Shown here one piece after another: positions 1 through 13,790 of a DNA stretch of 64,000 bases. A program made the translations under genes and the position numbers. The stretch lies in contig CM091797.1 in NCBI GenBank assembly GCA_043290085.1, forward strand, positions 22,174,880 through 22,238,879, given 5' to 3'. This DNA comes from Rhynchocyon petersi. Its lineage: Eukaryota. Each line of letters starts with the position of its first letter. Position 1 is the stretch's first letter. The notes under the pieces are model-generated. The model ran no database searches. It had not been told where the DNA came from and saw only the letters and a list, made by a program, of their open reading frames with translations.

Positions 1-599
1 TCGCTTTGCTCATCAGATAAAATGATGCATTTTTCTTGCACTTGATTCTGGTGGGTGTACGATGGTAAGAAGGGCGAAGTTTGGTCTACAGGAGCCGACT
101 GGCACGGAGATCTGTACTTTCGACTCTGATCCTCAGGCAGCACAGCTGATGCTTGAAATTGGAAAAAACAAAAGTTGATGACGCTTTTTCTGTTCAGTCT
201 GGTTATACTCCCCACCCCACAAATAAAGGGACAAAAGTATTTTTCCCTCATAATTAAGCAGTTGTATTTGGTAAAAAACATGAAAACTATAAACTCCTAC
301 GTGTCATTATGAGTCATTCTCGACCTGATGGCACATAACAACAACAAGAAAACGTGATGTAATTTTAAGTAAGTGGTGCTTGTACTGCCCATACATACAG
401 TCAGTCTGTGCATGCTGACCTGACTGAGGCCAAAGCGATCTGTTCGCATCCCCTCTGAGAAACCACTCCTGGATTACAATTGTATGGTCCTGTGACAAAC
501 ACACACAGTGCACGAAGGCAGAGGTTTACAAATTTCTGAATTGTTCTTTAAGCATCAATAATGGTCCTGCATCACAGCATATAAAAGTACTGTCTCCTT

Positions 600-780
600 C
601 AACTCAACTCAATGCCAATGAGCTGGAACCAACTCATAGCTAACAGTCCAGTGGGTTTTCAGAGGCTGTAAATTGCATGGGAGCAGACTGCTCATCTTTC
701 TCGCATGGAGCAGCTGGTAGATTTGAACCCCCTCTCTTTGGGTTAGCAAAGAAACTCTCTATCCACGAGGCCATCAGAGC
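600..780 (-). mobile_element. tRNA-derived SINE, type B (tail shared with RTE), degraded copy
   Basis: Minus-strand tRNA-like head (rc of 'ggagctctg(a)tggcctcgtggata...') and a '...gactcatag' tail. Same architecture as the copies at 2380, 3500 and 19325. Confidence 0.45.
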
Positions 781-2379
781 TCCTTACTGTCTCTTCAGAT
801 AACTAATTACGTTGCCCCCTTTGGAAAGGGAACCACGGGTGACTTTTCATACTTTTCTAAATTTTCTGCATTATTTTTGTTTTGCCTTTCAAGTCTATGT
901 TTTTGGAATAGCCCAGTCAACAGAAGATTCTCCAAAACAGTATCTACTGCTGTGTTACTTTTCGTAGAGGTGAGATGGCATCCTTCTCTCATCCTGCCTG
1001 CTGCCTCGGCCCCTTGAAATCCTGCTACTAGCCCTCTCATCTTGTCTCACCTAACTGACAAATAAGATAAAATGAGGAGTGTTCTCTAAAAGAGCCAATG
1101 CCACTTATCATTTCTACCCCATTTCTCTCACCCCTACTCCACAACAAAAGCCCTACAGATTCAAGAAGGACCTCATGGAATTTAAGGTTCAATCCCACTT
1201 CCTGTATAGCAATACCCTTCCCTCCTCAATGATTTTAACAAATAAATGGTCAGCCTACTTCAGCCTGAAACTGCCTTTGAAGAAATAGTTCTCGGAGTGT
1301 GTATTCCACTGAGGATGGGTTGTCCCTGGGACCCTTCTAAGACATCCATAGGTCTCTCATTAAAATCGCACTTGATCTTTTCATTGTGTTGACATTTGTA
1401 CCAACAATACAAAAACAAAGCATGAAACTGCTGGTGCTTTAGCATGAATCACAGCAACAGTACCCATCTATAATGCCACTGTCTTTTTCAACACCATGCT
1501 CATAATTTTTCTTAATTGTTTCAGTTAAAAATGTCCTTAAGTAATAAAAAATTTTCTAAATCTCAACCCCAGAATACATGCCTTTTTAATATTCTATGGG
1601 ACAAAGTGGTAAGTAATCTGTGCTCTGGACCAAAATATGATTGTTTTAAGGAATCAATCTAATGCCTAGAAAACTTCTGGTGTAGTAAGGAAAAGTACTT
1701 ATCATTGTTTCCGTTATAAGCTCAACTAGCCACTTCTTACACAAAGACTACCTTTTACCTGAAAGAATGAATGACAAGACACAGTTATACATACTTCCTA
1801 GACATAACCAAACACCTTGTGAGACTGGTTTTCTCATTTGAAGGCTTCAAACGTGATGGAAAACCCAGTTAACTGTCATGATAATAGTTCATACAAATAT
1901 ATGTTCTACATCCCAAAGGGAGAGTAGCATTTAGGGTTTTAAAAGCGTGGAAGTGGCTTTTAAAATATGATTCTTGGTCTCTACTCTTCTGCAACACAGA
2001 AAATAGAAGCCAAAGACTCACAGAAAAAAAAAAAAAAAGTCTAAGGGTAACAGTCTACGAACCACGGCCTCATCTGAACTGAAGCCAGAATAGCTAGATA
2101 GTGACCAGATACCACCACCACTTGTCCTGATCTGGACCACCACCGATAGATCCTGATGGGTGAAAAAATGTGGAAAAGAACTCAAAGTCTTTTAAAAGTC
2201 CATAATTACTGGACTGGTTGAGCCTAGTGAACTCCCCAACACAATCCCCCTGAGATCCTCTTTAAACCTTGAACTGAGCGCTCCTTGGCCTATTGGCTAA
2301 GATCAAGTATAAACCTTAACAGAAATCATCTTAACTAAATAGCAGACTGGCTCATACAATTAATATCACTCCTGAAGAA

Positions 2380-2565
2380 TACTGTTGTGTACCATGGAGT
2401 TGAAATTAACTCAGTTGACCGTCCAGCAGGTTTACAGAGGCTATAAATCAGAAGGAGACTGTTCATCTTCTCCCCATGGAAAAGGTGGTAGATGAAAACT
2501 GTGTCTTTGGGTTGGCAGCACAACTCCTTATCCACTAGGCCACCAGAGCTCCCCCATGAAGAAGA
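2380..2565 (-). mobile_element. tRNA-derived SINE, type B
   Basis: '...gggagctctggtggcctagtggataaggagttgtgctgccaacccaaag...' read on the minus strand. Box A/B-like head. Confidence 0.5.
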
Positions 2566-3499
2566 TATGACTTCTAGCAAGATGGTACACTAGGCAGAGG
2601 GCTACCCAAACCTTCAACAACAGACATGAAAAAACAAATATAACAGATATCGATGACAAGCCTGGAACCTTAGTCTGTAAAGGAGATGATATTGAAGTAG
2701 TTCAAACACCAACTAAAAGAGAAAAGTAAATGAAAACATAAATTAGGAGACATAGCATGTCTGTGAATAAACACAGTGTGGCTACTTTGAATTTTCAGAA
2801 GCAGCTTTCCGATCATGTGGGTGGAAGGGGAACCTGGGTTGCATCAGCGTCCACACCTGTTGGGGTGGCTGCACCAGGAAGTTGTGATCTTTCCCTTATT
2901 CCCAAAGCCTCCCAGGGAACAAAAACTTACCAACCCCATCTGACTCACTGGTGATTGACACTATCCCCTGTACCAACATTGCTGCATCTGACATCAGAGG
3001 ACTGCCCTGTGGAGATGGTACCAGCTGCCCACCATCCTCACATCTGGAAGCACGTGTAAGCACTACTCCATCCAGAGCCAGCAGAATGTGCCCCCCCTCA
3101 GTGGGTTCCCCACCTCCAGCTATGGCCAGGAAGCTTGCCCTCAGATACCTGCTGGGCCAGCAGAAACTCCATCCCTGACTGTGGCCCTCCCCTGGCCACC
3201 TTACAGGGTTAGTAGAAACAGGCAAAAATCTGAAAGAATTTTTCTTTAAATTTTAATAATTGATTTTCATACCATTATTCATGAACATTGTATTTTAAAC
3301 AATTTAACTCCACTTGGTCAATGCATTCCATTACCACATCCCCTTCAATCCTTGCTGGATCCGATCTCATGCTCCTCTATCCATCTCTCCTCCCCTAGTT
3401 CTCACTACACCCCCCTCTCCTCCCCATCTCTCCATCTTGAAACCCAAAAATAAAGAGGCAAAGTAAGTGGGAAATTAGAAACCATATGAAAATAGCAAA

Positions 3500-3735
3500 C
3501 CGAAATCCAGAATGTTGTTGTTAGGTACAATCAAGTCAGGACTGACTCATGTTGTTGTTAGGTACAATCAAGTCAGGACTGACTCATAGGTGACCCTCCG
3601 AAAGGTTGTCAGAGGCAGTCACTCTCAGGGTGTTGATGCCACTCTTTCTCCCATGGAGCAGCTGGCGGATTTGAACTGCATGTCTTTGGGTTGGCAGCAC
3701 AGCTCCTTACCACTAGGCCACCAGTCACCAGTGTT
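3500..3735 (-). mobile_element. tRNA-derived SINE, type B, with internal 36-bp tandem duplication of the tail (3515-3586)
   Basis: 'gttgttgttaggtacaatcaagtcaggactgactcat' occurs twice in tandem, followed by the SINE body and a tRNA-like head ending 'ccactaggccaccag'. Confidence 0.55.
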
Positions 3736-3862
3736 TCCTGAAGACGGAATTGTTGTTTGGTACTGTTGAGTAGGGACCGACTTGTAGTTGATCCTCCAGC
3801 TGGTTGTCAGAGGCAGTTAATTGCACAGGAGATGAAAAAATTTCTCAACACTAATCTGTTGA

Positions 3863-4075
3863 GCAGCTGGCATGGCCTAGTGGTAAAGGAGCTGCACTGC
3901 CGACCTAAAGACACATGGTTTGAATCCACCAGCTGCTCCGAGGGAGAAAGTGTGGCTTCAACTCCCGTGTGAGACACTGCCTCCAGAAACCCTCGGGAGG
4001 GTCACTGGCAGGTTCGAACCATGTGCTTCTGGATTGGCAGCACAGCTCGCCAGCTGCTCAGACTTTATGTTAGGG
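3863..4075 (+). mobile_element. Composite of tRNA-derived SINE fragments (type A-like head, + strand, then an inverted head fragment)
   Basis: 'cagctggcatggcctagtggtaaaggagctgcactgccgacctaaag...ccctcgggagggtcactg', then an inverted head-like segment. Confidence 0.4.
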
Positions 4076-4384
4076 CCACAAAATAAACTCAATATAGCTA
4101 TCTAAAAACACTCTAAAGTATCCTCTCACATCATGTTGGTATCAAATTAGGCATCAACAAGAAAATCAAGAGAGAACGTAATAATTACATACTAAAAATG
4201 AAATCACACCCTGCTTAAAAAACTGCTACAAGGTCTGATGGCATATCCTGTAGGGAGTTTCCAAAGGGAGCTTGCACTGCTGACCCAAAGGCAGCCCTTT
4301 CTGGCAAATGAAATACCCCAAAAGCTCTGCCGTGAGTTAGCTCCAAGAAGACAGGAATGACATTATTTTTTTTTTTTTAAAAAA

Positions 4385-5600
4385 CTACTAGTTGTTTTCA
4401 AAAACAACCAGAACAGTATATTGAAAGAGAACTGCCAGAAAGTTAGGCTGGATTCAGAAGCAGTTGTGGCACCAGGGATGTCACTGCAGATGTCAGATGG
4501 ATCCTGGCTGCAAGTAAATACCAGAAGAATGTCTACTTATGTTTCATTGACTATGCAAAGGCATTTGATTGTATGGATTACAACAAACTATGGCTAACGC
4601 CTAATTGTACTCATGCAAAATCTATACCTAGACCAAGAAGCTGTTGTCAGAATAGAGCATGGGAATACTACCTGGTTCAAAATCAAGAAAGGCATGCGTC
4701 AGGGCTGTATCCTATCCCCATACCCAATCAATCTGTACACTGAGCAAATTATACAGGAAGCAGGACTCAATGAGGAAGAGTGTGGCGTCAAAATTGATGG
4801 AAAATGCATCAATAACCTGTGATATGCAAATGATACAACCCTTCTTGCTGAAAATGAAGAGGACTTGAAAAGTTTGCTGCAGAAACTCAAGGAATGCGGT
4901 CTTCAGTATGGATTGTGGCTAAACCTCAGGAAAACAAAGATTCTCACCACTGGGCCAATAGAGAGCATCATAATCAATGGAAAAAGGATTGAAACTGTCA
5001 ATGATTTTTTCTTACTTGGATCTACGGTTAACACCTCTAGCACCAGCAGTCAAGAAATCAAAAGACACATCATATTGGGAAAGGCTGCTGTTACGGACCT
5101 CTCCAAAGTACAGAACAGTAATGATAACAGTTTGAAGACAAAGCTACACCTGATCCAGACTATGGTCTTCTCAATTGCTAGCCATGCATCTGAAAGTTGG
5201 AAAATGACTAGGGACAACAGAAAAATAATTGATGCCTTTAAACTGTGGTGATGGAGACGAGTGCTCAATATCCCATGGATGGCCAAAAGGACAAACAAAT
5301 ATGTCCTGGAGAGTCCAGCGAAGAGTGCTCCTTGGATGCAAAGGTAGTGAAGCTTCGTCTCACGTATTTTGGAGATGTTGTTAGGAGAGGCCCATCCCTG
5401 AAGAAAAACATCATGCTTGGAAAGGTGGAGGGTCAGAGAAGGAGAGACAGACCCTCGACTAGATGGTTGGACACAGTAACTACAGTGATGGGTCGCTAGT
5501 GTTGTGAGGATGCTGAGGATGGTGGGGATAGGGCAGATTTCAGATCTGCTGTTCATAGGGTCGCTATGAGTCATCCTTGACTTGATGGCACATAACAACA
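4385..5600 (+). mobile_element. RTE/BovB-type non-LTR retrotransposon, 3' fragment (RT C-terminal part), decayed
   Basis: ORFs 4613-4822, 4865-5251 and 5245-5499 are paralogous to the 949-aa RTE ORF (QAGFRRGRGTRD..., KILTTGPI..., FELWCWRRVLNIPW...). Stops and frameshifts are present. The tail is '...ctatgagtcatccttgacttgatggcacataacaacaac'. Confidence 0.8.
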
Positions 5601-5994
5601 ACAGCAACATATATTTCAGTGAACCATTATCTTCCAAAGAGCAATACATAATGCGAAATCATGAATGATAGAAGATTCATTAAACATATCAAGCTATCAT
5701 AATATAATTTAACGTTATACATTATAAAAGTTAAATTAGTTGGGTTTTGAAATCCACACAGCAAATAACTCCATAGAAACAAACATTTGTGAGTGTGAGT
5801 ACAAAATCAAAGAATAATTATCTAGAAAAGCCAGTACAACTCTTCTCCTTTCTTCAAGTGCACATCCATGTAAAGGCTCAATTTTTCCCACAAAAGAAAA
5901 CAATATATAATCTCACCAAATTAAAGGCAGTAGACAAAAGAATCCAGTCAATTTTCCTAAGCAAAAATTAAGATAATTTTTTAAAAATAAAAAA

Positions 5995-6420
5995 CAATGC
6001 CATTTTTACTGGAACAACAATAGAGACACAGATCAATGGAACAGAATAGAGATGTCAGAAGTCAAGCCCTCTACCTACAATCAACTGATATTTGACAAAG
6101 AAATTAAACCCATCAGATGGGGAAATGATAGCCTTTTCAACAAGTGGTGCTGGCAAAATTGGATAGCCACCAGCAGAAAGCTGAAACAGGACTAACACCT
6201 TACCCCATACACAAAAACAGCCTCAAGGGGGATTAGAGACTTAGGAGTAAAACCAAAATCAGTAAGTTCATCAGGGAAAATATTGGAAAAGCCTTAGAAG
6301 CCCTGGTCTACGGCATAACAGGCTTACAAATCTAGCCAAAAACACACAACCAGGAGGAAAGAAAATCAACCAATGGAACCTTCTAAAAATCAAATCCTTG
6401 TGTTTATCAAAAAACTTTCG
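5995..6420 (+). mobile_element. Older L1 ORF2 3' fragment, part 1 (interrupted by the L1 #1 insertion)
   Basis: Colinear with L1 #2 ORF2 46230-46650 ('[20 protein letters not shown]...'). Breaks at '...aaaaactttcgcag'. Confidence 0.7.
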
Positions 6421-7353
6421 CAGGGGATTCTGGGAAGATGGCAGATCGGTCAGACAAGCGCAAACACCTCTGCTCACCAAACTAAAGAAATACACTTCTG
6501 GGGGTTAGAGCAAACCCTGAAGTGAATCCGGAGCCCCGCATGGGCATCCCAGGATAAAATTAGGGCAACAAAACATTCATTTTGTGAAAGAGAGATTAAT
6601 TTAGATACAAAGATTCTGCGACTCACTGGCAGACCAAACGGCTGGGACAGCTTTGGAACACACGCTTCGAGACTCACATGGGGACCCACCTACGGAACCG
6701 AACCTTCCTCCAGGTGAGGGGGTGCGCCAGCACGGGTGGGGCGGCCAGTAAACTGCCGTGTGGGAGCCTGCAGAAACGTGACTGTGGGTTCTGGAACGTA
6801 GAGATTATCTTCCAGACTGGGCTGGCAGGGCGGCTGCAGCAGACGGCTGCCGCAGACAGCAGTGCAGGCGGCGGGGCCACATTGCTTACAAGAACGGTGA
6901 CTTGGGGAAAAAATCAGACATTGAGGATCTCAAAAGCTGCGCCCAGGGACACTCGAGCTACCAGCACAGCACTGGGTGGGCGGCGCGCGGGGCAGGCGCA
7001 GACACGTGGGAGATCTGACCTGGTCTAAATAATCACAGACCCCGAGTCCCACAGAGACCTGGCTCCAATCTCTGGGACCAACTCTGCAGCAGGCTCCTCC
7101 CACATTTAAAGAGCCAGAGTCGGATTTCTGCCACTCTTCAAAGAAAACAATTTCTGAACTTTACACTGCACCCCTGACCTCAGCCCTCTAAAACCCTCAC
7201 GCCCAAACCCCACTCGCAAAAGCCCGCCCCCAACAACAAAAAAATCCCCAATCGTCATAACCGCGCATCTATTCAGAAAAAAATATACAAACATTGTGAT
7301 TGCAGAAACTGTCCAGCAAAGTCTAACGATAGCATAACACTTACAAGAGCACA

Positions 7354-8160
7354 ATGTCTAAGAGGCAGCAATCATTATTAAATATGACTAAAAAACAAAA
7401 TACAAGCTCATCTAAAAAACAAGACCAGAATATAGAAGCAGTGAAATCTCCAGAGACAGGAACGCTGGGGAACAACACAGTGGAAGAACGCATAGAGCTA
7501 GTGCTGAAGAAACTAGAAGCAATAGAAAAGAAATTGGATGCCACAAACAATGACATAATAAATATTAAAAAATTAATACAAGACCAAGCAGACGCAATAA
7601 ACACAATGAGAGAAAGAATAGACAAACAAGAGAATGCAATCCAGAAAAATGCAACAGATATAACAGAAATTCACACGACATATGAGGGTCTAAAGAGCAG
7701 CATCGAGGAGTTAGAACAAAGAGTGAGTGAGCTATAAGAACAGAGACTCAATGAGAACCTAGCAGAGGAAAAAGCAGAACTGAGATGGAGGGAAGAGAGG
7801 ATGAGACTCATGTTGGATGGCATGAAGAGGAACAATGTTAGGATCATTGGAATACCAGAACAAGAAGAGAAGGCGAAAAGTATCGAGAAAATTGTGGAGG
7901 AGGTCTTAGAGGAAACTTTTCCAGGCATCCTGCAAAATGAAGATATATGTATTCAAGAAGCCCAACGCACTCCAAATAGATTTGATCCCAAAAGAAAAAA
8001 CATGAAGACATATCATAGTCAAATTCTCCAAAACCAAAGACAAGGAAAGAATCTTGAAAGCAGCCCGAGAAAAACAAAAAGTCACCTTCAAAGGGGAACC
8101 AATCCGTCTGAGCTTAGACCCCTCCCAAGAAACCATGCAAATGAGAAGGCAGTGGGATAG
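7354..8160 (+). pseudogene. L1 ORF1p remnant (premature TAA at 7738 and frameshifts)
   Basis: Translation '[19 protein letters not shown]...' matches the 353-aa ORF1 of L1 #2 ([10 protein letters not shown]...) and is truncated at the matching position. Confidence 0.8.
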
Positions 8161-8352
8161 CATATACAGAAAGCTGAAGGAAAACAACTGTCAACCAAGA
8201 ATTCTCTACCTGGCAAAATTGTCCATTAAATATGAAGGAGAAATCCGATCTTTTGCTGGAAAATTGGAACTCATGGAATTTACAAAAACAAGACCGGCTC
8301 TACATGAACTTCTTAAGGAAGTCCTATACGGAGACACATCAAAGAAAAATGG

Positions 8353-11300
8353 ATGGACGAAGGTAACAAAGAGCAACGCAAGAAACCACTTGACAAAATG
8401 GCACCACTAAAACCCCATCTTTCAATCATCTCCCTGAATGTGAATGGCTTAAATGCACCAAGTAAGAGAAAGAGAGTGACGGACTGGATACAGAAACAAA
8501 ACCCATCAATATGCTACCTTCAAGAGACACATCTAACAGCTGAGGAGAAGAATAGATTGAAAATTAAAGGATGGAAAAAAATTTACCAGGCAAATGGCAC
8601 TCAGAAGAAAGCTGGGGTAGCAATACTAATATCTGACAAGGTAGACTTCAGGGAGGAGACCAGCATGAGACACGGGGAAGGCCACTTTATATTGCTTAAA
8701 GGGACAACAGAGCAAGACAATATAACGTTAATTAATGTCTATGCACCAAATGATAGACCTGCAAAATACATGAAGCAAATTCTAATAAGCATGAAGAAAG
8801 AAATAGACGCCAACACTATAGTAGTGGGAGACTTCAACACACTGCTCTCAATGAAAGATAGATCAACTGGTAGGAGACTCAGTAAAGACACAGAAGAACT
8901 AAACCATACAATCAACCAACTTGGTCTCATGGACATACATAGAGCACTTCACCCAACAAGAACCCAATTTACATTCTTCTCAAGTGCATGGTACATTCTC
9001 CAGAATTGACCACATTCTAGGGCACAAAGCAAGCCTCCATAAATTCAAAAACATTGGAGTAATACAAAGTGTCTTCTCAGACCACAACGCAATAAAGCTA
9101 GAAATAAATGACAAGAAGACCATAACGAAAAAAGCACCCATGAGGAAGTTAAATAATACCTTGCTGGATCACTATTGGGTCGTTGAGCAAATAAAAGACA
9201 AGATTTAAAAATTCCTGGAAATAAATGAGAATGAAGACACAACATATCCAAATCTCTAGGATGCAGCAAAGGCAGTACTGAGAGGTCAATTTATATCAAT
9301 TAGCAAACACATTAAAAAAGAAGAAGAAAGTACAACAAACTACTTAACCCAACATCTACAACAAATAAAAATGGAACTACAAGCTAACCCCACGGCTTCG
9401 AGAAGAAAAGAAATTATAAAGACAAGGTCTGAAATAAATGCAATAGAGAATAGAAGGACAATAGAGGCAATTAACAGAACCAGGAGTTGGTTTTTTGAAA
9501 GGGTCAATAAAATCGATAAGACCATTGGCAAACTTAACAAGAGAAAACAAAGAAAGGTCACAAATAAATTGACTAGTAAACGAGAGAGGTATCATCACAA
9601 CAGAACCGACAGAAATTAAAAGGATAATAACAGAATATTATGAAAAGCTATACTCTGACAAATTTGAAAATCCAGAGGAAATGGACAAATTTCTAGAAAC
9701 TCACACTTTACCCAAACTGGAAACGGCAGACATAGAACACCTGAACAGACCCATAACAAAAAAAGAAATCGAGGACATTATTAAAAAAACTCCCAACAAA
9801 AAAAAGCCCGGGACCAGATGGCTTCACTGGAGAATTCTATCAAACATTTAAGGAAGAACTGTCACCAATTTTACTTAAACTATTTCTAAACATACAAAAA
9901 GAAGGAATGCTGCCAAATTCCTTCTATGAAGCCAGCATAACTCTCATCCCTAAACCAGGCAAGGACGCTACCAAAAAAGAAAACTATAGGCCAATTTCTC
10001 TCATGAACATAGATGCAAAGATCCTTAATAAAATACTAGCCAATAGAATACAACAATATATTAAAAAGATAATTCACCACGATCAAGTAGGTTTCATAAC
10101 AGGTATGCAGGGCTGGTTTAACATAAGAAAAACCATCAACGTAATTCACCACATTAATAAAACAAAGCATAAGAACCACATGGTTATATCAATTGATGCA
10201 GAAAAGGCTTTTGACAAAGTCCAGCACCACTTCTTATTAAAAACACTCAACAAAATTGGACTAGAGGGGAATATCTTCAACATAATTAAAAATATTTATG
10301 CAAAACCAAGAGCCAACATTATTTTAAATGGAGAGAGACTAAAGGAATTCCCCCTGCTAACAGGGACCAGACAAGGATGCCCACTCTCACCACTCCTGTT
10401 CAACATAGTCCTGGAAGTGCTAGCCAGAGCAATAAGGCAAGACAGAGACATAAGAGGAATCATTATAGGCAAAGAGGAAGTAAAGCTTTCCCTCTATGCA
10501 GATGACATGATACTATATCTAGAAAATCCTAAAGACTCAACCAAAAAGCTGTTAGACCTAGTAGAACAATTTAGCAGAGTCGCAGGATACAAAATCAACA
10601 TCCAAAAACCAGTAGGATTCCTCTATAGCAACAAAACAAATGAAGATGAAATTTAAAAAGACATTCCATTCACAATAGCCAAACATAAAATAAAGTATCT
10701 GGGAATAAACCTGACTAGAAACACAAAAGACCTCTACAGAGAAAACTACAAAATTTTCTTACAGGAAACAATGGGAGACCTACTCAAATGCAAAGATATT
10801 CCTTGCTCATGGCTTGGAAGACTTAACATTGTAAAAATGACAGTCCTACCTAAAGCCATCTACAGGTTTAATGCGATTCCAATCCAGATACCAACATCAT
10901 TCTTCAAGGATATAGAGAAATCTATCTCTAATTTCATTTGGAAAGGAAAGAGACCTCGGATAAGCAAATCACTTCTGAAAAATAAAGATGAAATAGGAGG
11001 TATCACGCTCCCGGACCTCAAAACATACTACACAGCAGTAGTCCTCAAAACAACATGGTACTGGTACAACAATAGAGACACAGATCAATGGAACAGAATA
11101 GAGATGTCAGAAGTCAAGCCCTCTACCTACAGTCAACTGATATTCGACAAAGAAATTAAACCCCTCAGATGGGGAAATGATAGCCTTTTCAACAAGTGGT
11201 GGTGGTGGTGGTGTACCGTCGAGTCGTGAACGACTCATAGTGACCCTCCCAAGGGTTTCCGGAGGTAGTATCTCTCACGGAAGTAGAAACCACTCTTTCT

Positions 11301-12442
11301 CCCGTGGAGCAGCTGGCAGTTTTGAACCGCGTGCCTTTGGGCTTGCAGCGCAGCTTATTTACCACTAGGCCATACCAACAAGTGGTGCTGGCAAAATTGG
11401 ATAGCCACCTGCAGAAAGCTGAAACAGGACCCACACCTCACCCCATACCCAAATTAGACTCAAGGTGGATTAGAGACTTAGGAGTAAAACCAAAAGCAAT
11501 CAAGTTCATCAGGGAAAATATAGGAAAAACCTTAGAAGCCCTGGTGTATGGCATAAACAGGCTTACAAACCTAGCCAAAAACACACAACCAGGAGGAGAG
11601 AAAATCGACCAGTGGGACCTCCTAAAAATCAAATCCTTGTGCTCATCAAAAACTTTCGCAGCAGAGTAAAAAGAGAGACCACAGACTGGGAAAAAATATT
11701 TGGCAACAACACCTCAGACAAAGGTCTCATTACTGGAATCTACAGAATACTACAAAGCCTCTATAAGAAAAAAACTCCTGACCCAATTACAAAATGGGCA
11801 AGGGACATGAAAAGAGTCTTCACTGAGGAGGAAATTCAGATGGCCAAGAGGCACATGAGGAAATGCTCAAAATCACTAGCAATTAGAGAGATGCAAATCA
11901 AAACAACGATGAGATACCACCTCACCCCAGCAGCAATGACCAAGATTAACAAGACTGTAAGCAATAAGTGCTGGAGAGGATGTGGAGAGGTGGGAACCCT
12001 TTTGCACTGCTGGTGGGAATGCAAAATGGTACAGCCACTATGGAAATCAATCTGGCGCTTTCTCAAAAGCATGGGAATAGAGATTCCATTTGACCCAGCT
12101 ATTCCTCTCTTGGGGACTTACCCCAAAGAAAACAGAGCTGAGAAACACACATGCACTCCCATGTTTACTGCAGCTCTATTCACTATAGCAAGAAGATGGA
12201 AGCAGCCCAAATGCCTCTCAACAAATGAATGGATAGAGAAACTGTGGTATATTCACACAATGGAATACTATGCAGCAGTGAGGAATAACGAAGCATTCAA
12301 CAAACACTACCCAGTATGGGAGAAGCTGGAGGACATTATGCTGAGTAAAATGACTCAGTCGCACAAGGACAAATATTGTATCAGACCCCTTATTGTGAAA
12401 ATAAGATATGGGGTGGGAAACAAGACACAGGACGGGAAATAA
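8353..12442 (+). pseudogene. L1 ORF2p remnant (EN-RT-CTD), multiply disrupted. Contains an in-frame TAA at 10654-10656 shared with L1 #2
   Basis: ORF pieces 8353-9009, 8921-9208, 9371-9619, 9907-10656, 10771-11229, 11304-11669 and 11612-12442 are colinear with ORF2 of L1 #2. Confidence 0.8.
11202..11376 (-). mobile_element. tRNA-derived SINE, type A, inserted into L1 #1 ORF2
   Basis: 'gtaccgtcgagtcgtgaacgactcatagtgaccctccc...ccactaggccatacc' read on the minus strand. Flanked by the 11-bp TSD 'aacaagtggtg' (11191-11201 and 11377-11387). The uninterrupted site is visible in L1 #2 (46375-46390). Confidence 0.8.
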
Positions 12443-12728
12443 GCCAAGGGACAAGCTGGGTTTCAGAGAGCAGGAATAGAATGGACAATGACTATTGAGG
12501 GGGACAGAGAGAAGGGAAGATAAATATGGAAACAAAGGACTAATGGACTAATTGGATACACACCAAAGAAGCAGGCATGCCTGTCAGCTTATATGGGGAG
12601 GGGAGGGTGGAGTGGGGGGAGCCAGGGAGGGCTGGGGTCATATGTAAAGGGATCTTGATTGGGCTAAGATTGCATTGACCAATTGTTAAAGTATTACTTA
12701 ATAAATTTAAAATTTAAAAAAAAAAACA

Positions 12729-13790
12729 AAACAACAACTTTCGCAGCAGAGTAAAAAGAGAGACCACAGACTGGGAAAAAAATATTTCAACACCTCAGAC
12801 AAAAGGTCTCATAACCGGAATCTACAGAATACTACAAAGCCTCTATTAAAAAAAAAACAACTCCTGACCCAATTACAAAATGGAAAAGGGACATGAAAAG
12901 AGTCTTCACTGAGGAGGAAATTCAGATGGCCAAGAGGCACATGAGGAAATACTCAAAATCACTAGCAATTAGAGAGATGCAAATCAAAACAATGATGAGA
13001 TACCACCTCACCCCAGCAGCAATGACCAAGATTAACAAGACTGTAAGCAGTAAGTGCTGGAGAGGATGTGGAGAGGTGGGAACTCTTTTGCACTGCTGGT
13101 GGGAATGCAAAATGGTACAGTCACTATGGAAATCAATCTGGCGCTTCCTCAAAAAGCTGGAAATAGAGATTCCACTTGACCAACCTATTCCTCTCTTGGG
13201 GATATACCCCAAAGAAAACAGAGTTGAGAAACACATATACACCCCAATGTTTACTGCAGCTCTATTCATCATAGCAAGAAGATGGAAGCAGCCCAAATGC
13301 CTCTCAACAAATGAATGGATAGAGAAACTGTGGTACATTCACACAATGGAATACTATGCGGCAGTGAGGAACAATGAAGTATTCAACAAACATTACCTCG
13401 TATGGGAGAAGCTGGAGGACATTATGCTGAGTGAAATGACTCAGTTGTGTAAGGATAAATATTGTATCGGACCACTTATTGTGAAAATAAGATATGAGGT
13501 GGGAAACAAGACACAGGATAGGAAATAAGCCAAGGGACAAGCTGGGTCGGGGAGAGCAGGAATAGAATGGACAATGACTGTTGAGGTGGACAGAGAGAAG
13601 GGAAGATAAATATGGAAACTAAGGACTAATGGACACCCACCATAGAAGGAGGCGTGCCTGTCAGTTTATATGAGGTGGGGAGAGGGGAGGAGGGGGGAGC
13701 CAGAGAAGGCTGGGATCGTATGTAAGGGGATCCTGATTGGGCTAAGATGTATTGACCAACTGTTAAAGTATTAATTAATAAAAATTTTTT
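12729..13790 (+). mobile_element. Older L1 3' fragment, part 2 (ORF2 C-terminus and 3'UTR)
   Basis: Resumes exactly at 'aactttcgcagcagagtaaaaag'. ORF 12893-13528 corresponds to the L1 ORF2 C-terminus. G-rich 3'UTR tract, then an A/T-rich end. Confidence 0.7.

Larger units (their letters stand above)
6421..12728 (+). mobile_element. Full-length L1 (LINE-1) #1, decayed. 5'UTR ~6421-7353, ORF1 remnant, ORF2 remnant, 3'UTR and poly(A)
   Basis: The 5'UTR is ~95% similar to L1 #2. ORF1-like 7354-7737 and following. ORF2-like pieces 8353-12442 (endonuclease '[20 protein letters not shown]', RT '[10 protein letters not shown]', C-terminal Cys-rich domain). Several stops and frameshifts. Ends in an A-rich tail. 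Flanked by the TSD 'aactttcgcag' (6410-6420 and 12735-12745). Confidence 0.85.

Noticed and set aside
2757..3225. Overlapping GC-rich ORFs on both strands (65-109 aa)
   Set aside because: There are no splice signals or domain signatures. Composition suggests an old GC-rich repeat or LTR remnant, so this cannot be supported as a gene.
5050..5649. 199-aa minus-strand ORF
   Set aside because: It is antisense to the plus-strand RTE RT pseudo-ORFs (4865-5499) and was called with a non-ATG start. Long antisense open frames are common opposite TE coding sequence.
12922..13338. 138-aa minus-strand ORF (and the similar 11836-12072, 46834-47070, 47216-47452 and 12218-12535 ORFs)
   Set aside because: These are antisense to the L1 ORF2 C-terminal region. 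They recur identically in every L1 copy, so they are a property of the L1 sequence and not genes.
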